Part shown: piece after piece, positions 53,845-64,000 of the stretch
How positions within the stretch are numbered: the first letter of the stretch is position 1
Layout of the letters: each line of letters begins with the position of its first letter
NCBI GenBank assembly: GCA_051294375.1
Contig: CM119263.1
Span: 6,549,645 to 6,613,644, forward strand
Length of the DNA stretch: 64,000 nucleotides
Origin: Paraspadella gotoi
Taxonomy: Eukaryota; Animalia; Chaetognatha
Reading direction: 5' to 3'
The notes under the pieces: generated by a model
Told to the model about the DNA's origin: nothing
The model's database searches: none
Seen by the model: the letters and a program-made list of their open reading frames with translations, nothing else
Made by a program: the position numbers and the translations under genes

Positions 53845-55033
53845 TCAATTTTCAAGAATAACAACGCAATCTCACCGATCTTCGCCGTCTTGGATCAATG
53901 CGTTGCACGTTCCGCATTTTTTTCATGGTGATGTGCTGGACAATTCAACTGCTATCCTGCGCGCGGCGACTATGGAGAGATGGATGGCATGACGGTCTGT
54001 ATTGTTACTGAGCACGCCCGTGCTCTCTCCTCTCGACGGGTAATCACGCTAGACCGGCGGGCAATAGAAGATAAACGGGGATCGCGCGAATGCAGGTTAC
54101 TAGACACTACTTCTCTCTCTTCTCCTCGATCGCTCTCTCTCTCTCCGTCTCTCTCTCTCTCTCNNNNNNNNNNNNNNNNNNNNNNNNNNNNNNNNNNNNN
54201 NNNNNNNNNNNNNNNNNNNNNNNNNNNNNNNNNNNNNNNNNNNNNNNNNNNNNNNNNNNNNNNNNNNNNNNNNNNNGCCAATCAGAGACGAACATATCGC
54301 GAATATCTTCTCTCTCGCTCATCTTCTCTCCTCTCTCTCTTTCTCTCTCCTATCTCCCTTTTTAAAAAATTATTTCGTATTTAGTTTCATTTTTTCAGGG
54401 GAAGAAAAGAAAATATCCTGGTCGATTTTGGAAATTGGAAATGGAAATTGTTGTGCCTTTGTTCTCGACTGTTTTCTTGCTTGCTTCGTGAATAACGCTC
54501 TTGCTGCTTTCACGTCGAAAAGAAGGTTTTCTCTCACTTGCTTCTTTGATTAGTTCGTATTGTAAATGAGATGCCAGTGCAATTAGTGTACCGCATAGAT
54601 AATGTTCAATAATTTATATTTGAATATAAGATACTAAATTGTTTTTTTAACGTTTTATTTAGAACTAGTATATAACTATATATATATTATGAAATTAGAG
54701 CCAAGCCAAACGCATCCCATCTTCTTCCTCATTTTATTTCTCGTTTCTTCCCCAAATCGAAACCCCATCCATCAGAAAAAAAAGACTCCATTTCTTGTTT
54801 CCCTCTCTTTTTTCTTTTGTCTTTTTTGTTTGTGTGACCTGGTCCTATTTTTTTTATCTTCTTGATTTCCATTGTGCCTTCGTCGTTGTTATTTTCACGT
54901 CCTTTTGTCGTTTTGTTCGCGGAGAAAGTTTTATTCCGTCTTTTTATCTTTTGTTTACGCGATTCGAGCTTTTATCGTTTGTTGAGCTTTTCTCTCTCTC
55001 TCNNNNNNNNNNNNNNNNNNNNNNNNNCTTTTC

Positions 55034-55070
<37 letters not shown>

Positions 55071-56953
55071 TTCTCTCTCTGCTCCTTCTCCTTCTCCTCA
55101 TCTCATTGTCTCTCTCTTTCCTTCTCTCTGCATCTCTCTCTCCGCTCGATCCCTACTCCCTCACTTTCGTCTTTATCTCTCTTTCTTTCTCCCTCTCCAG
55201 CTCTTTCTCTTCTCTTTCTCTTCGTCTCCTTCTCTCTCTTTCTCTTCTCTCCTCTCCTCTCTCTCCTCCTCTCTTCTTCTCCTTCTTTCCTCTCTTTCTC
55301 CTCTCTCTCCTCTTCTATCCTCCTCTTCTCTCTCCTCGTCTCTCCTCTCTTTTTCCTCTCTCTCTCTCCTCTTCTCTCTCTCTCTCCCGTCTCCTTTCTC
55401 TACTCCCTCATCCTCTCCTCTCTCTCTTCTTTCTCTCCTTCTCTCTCTCTCTCCGTACTCCTCTCTCTCTCCACTCTCTCTCTTCGTCGGTCAACTGTTT
55501 TAAAGACTTACCTTTTGATGGTGACGCTTTCGGCGGGGGGCGCGGCCGGACAGGAGAGCCGCCCGCCTCCTTCGGTTGTTTTTCTCTCTCACCTCTTTTT
55601 TACCTCTCCTCTCCCTCCTTCCTCTCTCCTCTCCTTCCCTCCTCCGCTTTCTCTGGATTCGCAGGGTGTGGGTGGAGGAGGCCGCGGGGGGATGGGAGGT
55701 GGGGATGAGAAGTAAAGGGTTAAGAAGGAGCAGCAGGCAAGGGTAGAGGGAGCAGCAGGCGAAATGGGAAAAGGGGAAAGACGCAGAAAGAGGAAATAGG
55801 GCGCAGGTGGAGAAAGAAATAGTATAAGACGAGCGAATGGAGCCACAAATGCTAAATGAGGATCTAAATGCTGAATCTAAATGCTAAGAGAATACAAAAA
55901 TAAAAACTGCAAGCGCAAACGCTAAGTCAGCAAACATAAAATTTTAAAAAAGATATGTGTTTATTTAAGAAACAACAAACAAAGAAAAAATTAAAACGTC
56001 GCGTCGTCTTTCGGCGATATCTTAGTAGGGAATGCAAACGCGGGATGAAACGCAAACGCAAAATATGCAAATGAGATTTTCAGTTTTGTTCTCAGGCGGT
56101 CGGCGTCTTTCGGCGCAAGGTTAACTCAGAGGAAAAAGGGAACAAGTTTTTTTCTTCCCCGCGATTAAGTAAAACGTTTAGCTTTAGGGTTAAAATTTTA
56201 GGTTANNNNNNNNNNNNNNNNNNNNNNNNNNNNNNNNNNNNNNNNNNNNNNNNNNNNNNNNNNNNNNNNNNNNNNNNNNNNNNNNNNNNNNNNNNNNNNN
56301 NNNNNNNNNNNNNNNNNNNNNNNNNNNNNNNNNNNNNNNNNNNNNNNNNNNNNNNNNNNNNNNNNNNNNNNNNNNNNNNNNNNNNNNNNNNNNNNNNNNN
56401 NNNNNNNNNNNNNNNNNNNNNNNNNNNNNNNNNNNNNNNNNNNNNNNNNNNNNNNNNNNNNNNNNNNNNNNNNNNNNNNNNNNNNNNNNNNNNNNNNNNN
56501 NNNNNNNNNNNNNNNNNNNNNNATACGCTAAAGTATTTTTTTCACAACAGCGGTACTGAAATTATTAAGTACAGATAGTATTTGTTTCAAGAAAAGGTTG
56601 CGTGTTTTTGAACCACGACTCTTGAGTATCGATCTCGTGAAACCTTTTTTCTCCAGGGTTAAGACGACGAAGACGACAACGACAACGACGACGAGCAAAG
56701 GAGAGCAAAGAAGGCTTTATGAATCTCCGACAGGAATTAAGAGAAGCCCGTCCGTGAAGGTCGAAGCAACTAAAAAGAAGGGTGAAGAAAGAAGGAAAAA
56801 AGAGAGAAGAGGGNNNNNNNNNNNNNNNNNNNNNNNNNAGAGTATGAAGAGGGAAAGTTGAGGCCTATATGGTAAGTAAATACAAGAAGAGAGATAGGAA
56901 AAGAATAAAAGGGAGAGAGAGATAAGAAATATGAAGGAATGCGTAAAATATGA

Positions 56954-56991
<38 letters not shown>

Positions 56992-57002
56992 GAGAGAGAG
57001 AG

Positions 57003-57038
<36 letters not shown>

Positions 57039-60000
57039 AAAGATGTAGAAGAAGTAGAGAGAGAGAGATTGAGATTAGGAGACAGACAGACAGATCAGAC
57101 CAGAGAGACAAACAGACAGACATACAGAGTAAGGTTAAAGCGATCAAGGTCCATTGATTGCCGACGCCTCTGGCTTCACGAACAAAGGTCCTTTTGGCCG
57201 CCGCCGATGCCGCGGCCGAGATATTCTCCGACGTGACCGAGGCTTTGGCCAGACGGCGGCCCGGAGGCTCCGCCAGTGAAAACGGCTCCGGCCGAGATCT
57301 ACTTTGATCCCCGCAAAAATCGCTCTGTAGCGCAGGACGGCGGAAGCTTGAACTTCAAGATCGAGTGCGGAGATTTCATCACAAACGGGGGGGGGCGGAG
57401 GGGGGACAGGGATGTTCTCATCATGATCGAAATACAGTTACTGCGGCGATTACGGTTACAACGAAAGCAAATCCATATGTGAAGAATGTCGCGAAAACCA
57501 GAGTTTTACTGTACAGTAGGGTGGGAAGTGAAAGTTTAAGAATCAAATTTAGCAGTTATATCTTGAAAATTATAAATAATTAGTAAAATAACATAATCTG
57601 TAGTTATTTTTTTTATTTAAATATAGTAGCCCAGTCAGCTTATTTTATATAATGTTCAAAATTTTAAAATATTTAAATTTTTTTTATTCTGAGAACAGAT
57701 TTCGGATTCTCATTAAAAAGTTGATTAAAAAAAAATGTAAATTTTTTCAAAAATTAATGTCTATAAGATTGATTACAATACAAAAAATATATTTTAAGCA
57801 GGAAAATTGAAAATCGCGTCTTAAATATTAGTTTTTTAAATTTTGACTAACTTAAGTTTAACGAATTTAAAAAAAAGATTGTACTTATACTTATAATATC
57901 AACTTTATTATGCAAGGAAATTCCAAATTTTCAATTTTAGAAAAATTTATAACTTTATTATAAAACAGTTAAAATTACAGTATTATTACTATAAAATATA
58001 ATATAATAAATTAAATTTAATATTAATAAAATTAAGGCTCAACTAGATGCCACCCACAAATGTAAACTAAAAATATACGTAAAATATAAATGTATAACCA
58101 AAAGGTTTTCACAACTGATTCTTAAAGTTATTATAGACTAATAATATTTTAATTTTCTAAAATTTTAATCCATTTATCAACAATCACTACAATCATGTAC
58201 AGGGTGCATGAACACGGAAGGAGAGGTAAGTATATTAGAAGAAATAAGAAGAAATAGAGAGAGGGATAAAGGAGAGAGTTAAAAAAGGATAAAGCGTATA
58301 GGAAATATTAGAGAACGGAGAGGGGTGTGAGAGTGAGTAAGTGATTGAGTAGTGTGAGACGATTGATAATGAGATATCAGCAATGGTGAGAGAGTGAGAG
58401 AGAAAAGGAAAAAATCTGAGAAAGTTGGCATGAGATTGTGTGTGCTATGAGAAGATGAGGAGAGAGAGAGACGTAGAGAAGAGAGAGAGAAGAGACACAG
58501 AGAGAGAGAAAGTAGAAGGAGGAGAGACGAGAGAGAGCCAGAAGGGAGAGAGAATGTCAGAGATAGCCTTAGGTTTCTGATTTTTATGAACCTACATGAT
58601 ACCTGCATTGAACCTCAGGAAATCGTCACTCGGGTTTTATGCACAAAAAAAAATCAGATTCCGACGCTCACACACTTAACGTCGAACTCGATATAGGCGG
58701 AGCAGTCCCGACGGTATTAAGGCCCGGTAGTCGGAGAAGCTCTAGCCGTCGAGAAGAGAAGGGCAAAAACGATAGATTCACGTGACTCACGAAAAATGAT
58801 AACAACTATGTGCTATTTACACACCCTTAATAACGTAAATTGTTACTTGGGAAAAAAACTTAAAGTTGCTGAACATTTATACTATATTATAGGGAGGTTT
58901 CTAATCGAAGTACATTTAGATTAAAATTGAAACGAAATACTAATTATTACTTAAAAAAATGCAGAGCAACTAATGGAACTGAAAAAAATTCGGGAAACAA
59001 TGGCTATAAATAAAACAAAAATTAAAGAAAAAATTCAACACGGAGTAAGAAAAAGTTGATAACAAGAATTTTATGAGGTGGATATGTCTCCCGAGCGAAC
59101 GACGAACGACGATCAAAGGAAAAATCTCCACGTACCGGCGCGCTACGGATACCAATAAATTCAAGAGAGAAATAAAAGTTCCCTCGCTCCTCAGAAATTA
59201 AACTCATTACTTCATTTCTCTTTCGAAGTTTTCGGATCTTTCTTGGGTCTTTCTTATTCTTTTAATCTTATAGTAGATGCTTTCTTCTTGGGTTGAGCTA
59301 TGATGAGTGCGAGGACCATCATTTTCTGTATATCGTTTAATTTCTCGTCCTTCGGCGATACGTTTCACGGCGCGTGTCGATTGAGTTGTCACTGGATTCC
59401 TGATGATGCTCCTTGGTACACTTGTCTTAGTTGTTGTGCTTCCCGATATTGAGTATGGCTTCTCGAGACCTTCTTGGAGACTCCAGACGGTTTGTCTTTT
59501 CTTCCTTCTGGGACCTGTATTTACCTTTATGCGTTCATTCGCTATAGTCTTTTGGCTGTCCTTTATTAGTGCCCAAGGTCTTTCTTTCTTTATTTCCCTG
59601 TCCTCTTCGCATTCGTTCAACAGTACCAATCTAAACGGAAATTTCCTCATCCGCCTCAATAGAAAACAGAATGATAGTGTCTCTCTCTCTCCTTCTCTCT
59701 CTTTCTCTCTCTCCATCTCTCATCTCGTTCTCTCTGGATCAAGTCTCTCTCTCGCTCCTCCCTCACCTCTCTCTCTCCTCTCCTGCTCTCATCCTCTACT
59801 CTCTCGACGCCCTCTGTTTCTCTTTCTCAAGCGCGCACGTTTTCCAAACGCCCCTCCTTATGCCGCGATCATTCCCTGCAACAACATTTCGCGTCGTAAA
59901 TTTATCAGAGAATTCCCTTCTCCTCTTCCCCTTAAGTAACCCAAACCCACCCCCGAACATCCCTGCACATTTCTCTCGTCTTCTTTCCTCCGCTTCGAAC

Positions 60001-61624
60001 ACAAATTCCAGACTTCCCACGACCCAAACATTGGCATCGATTCACACACGATTAACCCACCCCCGCAAACTAGACCCGCATAAGGATTTCTACCTATCAC
60101 GCACAAAATCCAAAGCACAAGAACATGTCCGCGAATTCACGCCATCAATGAAAACCAAAGCATCCTACTAAAAAAAAAAATTATTAACATCCTTCCTCGC
60201 TCCGATGTAATCGCTTCCGCACCGAAATTTTTTCCGCTTATCCCTTCCCCACCCGCATGTTCGCCCATCCTGAATTCCACCTATTATTCTCCACGCCTCC
60301 CTCCACCCCCACTTCTTTCCCGTCCCCCCAAAGGTCACCCATCTTCCTACGTCAGAAGAGAATGATTTGGACGACGACGGCAAACGAAATATCGGGTCAG
60401 GAGGTTTAATTCTGCGGAATCCCGCCCCCCTTCTCCCGACTGTTCGCGCGCGCAATCTCTGGAAAACGAGACCCATATGCGTGGATATGGGGAGGTCGCA
60501 AACGGTACGAACTGTGCCGTGCGATTGGGGAGCCACGTCATTATGTTTCAATAATCATTAATCAATCCGTAAATCATCTTTTTTTTTTTCAATCTCGTTT
60601 CAGCATTCTTCACAATTAATATCTCATTTGATTTCACATCCTTACTCCTCCCGCGTAGCGATTCCGTATTTCACTCCTCTTTTCAACACCATCACGCATT
60701 CGCCGTCACTGTCTATCACAGCTCATCTTACGCCATGCATACATCGCACCGACAATCTGACCGATCTTCCCCGCCTTGCCCCCCCCCGCGATAACGGCCC
60801 ACTTTCGCAAAGAGGACAAAGGACGCGAGTGGAATCGTGAAACGCAATCGTGATTCTCGAATCGTGATTTCGTCCTCGCTCGCCGTTTCCCCCCGAGTTT
60901 TTTTTGCTTTCGTCTCTTGTTGTCTCTCCGTCCAGTCGAATGCCTCCTGAGCGACGATAGGTCCGAGGATCATCCGATGTATCATGAGAAGTCGTTGTCG
61001 TTGTTGATGATTGTTTGTTGTTGTGGTTGTTCGTCGTCGTCGGCGCGCATTCGACGCAATCGGAGCGAGAAAGGAACGAGTCCCTGGTCGATCGAACTAT
61101 GCACACGTCGTTTTTATAATGTGATCGTCGTCGTCGTCATTATCGAGGCTCGTTTTCGTCGTCATCTTTTTAATGCTAATTGTCATAGTCGACGAATTGT
61201 TTTACACTTTTCCTTTCAATTCGTTTACATCGTATTAAACTGTAGAATATAATGTCATAGAAAACTCGGTCAAATCACGTGCAACCTGGATCCAATTTTT
61301 TTACAACTGCAAATTGTCCAAGTGCCGATTTTGAGTAATGATAAGATATAGCCACTAGCGCAGTAAACTAACTTGTGAAAAGGCAAAAAGTGTTTAAAAT
61401 TAATTAGCTCGTGAAAGATTTTTTAGTATTTCTAACAAAAAACAAATAGTAACCTCTTTTGACAGAAGCGTTAAACTAATTAAGCCAAAATCGTTTGTGG
61501 TTGTAACGCATCGCGCGCTTTTTGGCGGTTCGTTACGGAAAAGAGTTATGAAAATCTGAAATAGAATTTGTCCGCGATGAAAAATGCCAGTGTGCATTGC
61601 AATATAAAATGAGTAATTCAGAGC

Positions 61625-61930
61625 TCATGCAGCCTTTACTTCTGTCTTTCTTTTTTCTTCCTGACCGCCATCTTTTTGGCAGATTTTTTCTTTCAGCATG
61701 ATTTAGCAGTCTTTCTTTCAGCACTCTTTAGAGCTTTTTTCTTCAGCTCTTTAAGCAGCTCTTTCTTCTGCCTCTTTAGGCAAGCTTTTTCTTAGGGCCT
61801 ACTTTAGCAGCTTTTTTCTGCGGCCTGCTTTGGCAGCTTTTTCTTCGGCTCTTTGGGCAGCTTTGTTTTTTCGGGCCGCTCTTTGACCAGCTTTTTTCTT
61901 CTATCAATTTTCTTTAATAGCTTCAGCTTG
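61625..61930 (-). repeat. Degenerate 24-bp tandem repeat encoding (AEEKAAKE)n-like helix; probable frameshifted terminal exon
   Basis: About 10 units related to GCTGAAGAAAAAGCTGCTAAAGAG on the - strand with scattered 1-bp indels, ending ...GAAGTAAAGGCTGCATGA at 61625. Confidence 0.5.
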
Positions 61931-64000
61931 TGGCTTCCCTCATCGCCTTTTCTCTTACAGAAAAGGATAATAATGAGATAAAAATTAAAAGTCTTAAAAT
62001 CCTTGTAAAACTAAAAACGCATGCTCTACAACTCAAACTGCTGGTAACTCACATGCTAATTGGCATTCGCTAATCAAAAAGCTTGCATAGTTAAGGGAAG
62101 TTAGACATAAATATCAAAAAGTTGATACCATGTTTCCTTGGCAGTCTTTTCAAACCGGAAAGTATGTAAGTATAATTGAAATTGTAAATAACATGCAGTA
62201 GTATATTGTTAATTCAAAATACAAAGTGTTTAAACAAAGAGTTTAGTGACATTTGAATTTTCGTTTCTCCCCACAAAATTCATGCGAAAGCAACAAGCAT
62301 TTTTCTCGGTGAAAGATTCACATAAGACCGCGACGAAAAATTACGAAGACAATGCACCCATGCTAGCATGCCACCGTCCTCGGGTCATTGTAGAGGCAGA
62401 AAAGAGGGCATGCGAGTTAGATAGTGACAATCCAATACGACGGCAACCAACTAAAGTCTAAAGATCATCCCACGAGCGATACGGAATTCCCGGTAATCCT
62501 CGGCCTCGCGGAGATGTCGTCACTACCGGCCAATCGAAAACAAAAAGGGACGGAAGAGCACGCTTGTTGTATCACACGATGCGTGGAACCGGCCGTCGCA
62601 GAGGCGCCTCCTTCCGCGGAAAATGATCTCCCCGATTCGTCGACAGAGGGCGTTGCGCCGGTGAAGTGACGCGCTGTTCTTCGTGACGACCTTTATCCGC
62701 TCGCCGCTTGAAGACCTTCTGAAAAACACTCGGCCTCGCAACTTCCCGTCCGCCCCATGAATAACTTGGTCCCTGTCGAGACCGCGAGAGGGCGCCGTCT
62801 TCGCTCAACCACAACACCAACACCTTCGTGGACGGCAGATCTGGGTCGGACGGACGGATCGGGTGTTGGGGAATGATGATGGAGGATGCAGGATGAGAGC
62901 GAAAATGGAGAAGCGAGAGATAATAAAAATAAAGGAATGGAAAGTAAAAGGTGTTTATATGACATTGAAATTAAAGAATATCCTTCTTGGAAGAGTTTCC
63001 TGGGTGCTTGTTGGAGATTAGCTAAGACTATAACTAAAGACTAAATTCCAGATAACTAAAAACTTCGTTGCTACTCATGCGTTTGTATCAATAGTTTATC
63101 TAATTGTTCTAAGATGTAAGTTAGTTTCATATTATTTTTACGTGTCACAAGAGCCGACCCAGCTTGATGGACTTTTCAAATACGAACACTTTCAGTTGCC
63201 AACTCACGGCGTATCCCAAAATAGCCAATGCAAGTCAAAACGATTATGAAATCTGAACTATAAAATCAAACCTAATCGAACCCAAAGCCAATCTAAATCC
63301 GAAATGAAAATAATAAATCGAACCGAGAAAGTAAAATTTAAAAAAATACTAAATTCAAAACAAAATTTGTAAAACCAAATCGAATCACCCGATCCACCTG
63401 TTTTTCGAACGCACGAATGTTTGTGTCTTGCCCCGCTCTTCCGCACCGCGACGCCGTCCAAAGTGACGACGGCAGTTCTTCCCACTCACGGCTGCGCACC
63501 ACATTCCGCGCCCGCGTGTCCCTGGACTCAACCGACACAACTGTCCCGTGGCCGCCGACGAAGATGCGCCATCGTTCGCTCGTCAAAGACTCCGTTCGCG
63601 TCGCGCTGAAAAACACGGCGCCAGTCGAGGCCGATCAACGTTCCGGGTCGGAGTTTTAGCGTCAAAAATTGCGCGGGACGTACTGTTGTGGACTGCGAAA
63701 ACGGGAAGTCCAGGACTTTCTTTTTTTTTTTTGTTTTTTTTTTGCTTAGATTCTGCAGTGATATCGAGATGATTTTTTTATATTCTGAGTTTTTCTTTGT
63801 CTGCGAAGCGATCATCGGAACCTTTCTTTAACTTTTTTCCCGGCCTACCCCCAAAAAAAAATAGTGGAGAAAGGGGACAGAGAAAAGACTCACATAAAGA
63901 GATTGAATAAATAAAATATAATAGATAGATACGCAGATAGAAGATAAGAATAGATAGATAGATAGATAGATAGATAGATTAGATAGATAGATAGATAAGA

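Noticed and set aside
54795-55846. Ser/Leu-rich 200-300 aa ORFs
   Set aside because: CT-rich low-quality fill next to a 25-N gap; the composition excludes stop codons by chance.
56177-56205. TTAGGG-like sequence beside a gap (interstitial telomere?)
   Set aside because: Only one exact unit is visible, too little to support a call.
57145-57390. GC-rich exon-like island
   Set aside because: No recognisable motif or consistent splice and frame solution was found.
59207-59939. Overlapping 169/178-aa ORFs on opposite strands
   Set aside because: They start in or run through microsatellite and noisy sequence and show no recognisable domain.

Overview
AT-rich, microsatellite-dense animal (invertebrate-like) draft genome sequence with GT-AG introns, GC-rich exons and several N gaps; no prokaryotic, CRISPR or rRNA content is evident. 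Well-supported genes are a 3-exon INPP5K/INPP5J-type inositol 5-phosphatase with a SKICH domain (2566-4258, -), the first four coding exons of an SLC6 transporter whose 3' two-thirds is absent from the window (23115-26217, -, with a candidate alternative first exon), and a 2-exon single-Ig type I membrane protein (37576-39035, +). Less certain are low-complexity orphan genes at 40.3-48.5 kb and a mitochondrial-presequence-like gene start at the left edge. Mobile DNA includes a tRNA-derived SINE interrupted by a 392-bp TG...CA solo-LTR-like insertion (GTAAT TSD), an 886-bp Tc1/mariner-type MITE (29-bp TIR, TA TSD) and weak Gypsy-integrase and THAP relics. The dominant structure is an apparent giant inverted duplication (6.76-21.78 kb). 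Its error profile and 25-N spacer point to unpolished long-read gap-fill rather than a real palindrome, but the duplicate preserves an empty solo-LTR site and an alternative (inverted) junction. I found no convincing new biological system; the best leads are the KSDHG repeat frame at 31.1 kb, the possible 5-kb inversion polymorphism and the truncated SLC6.
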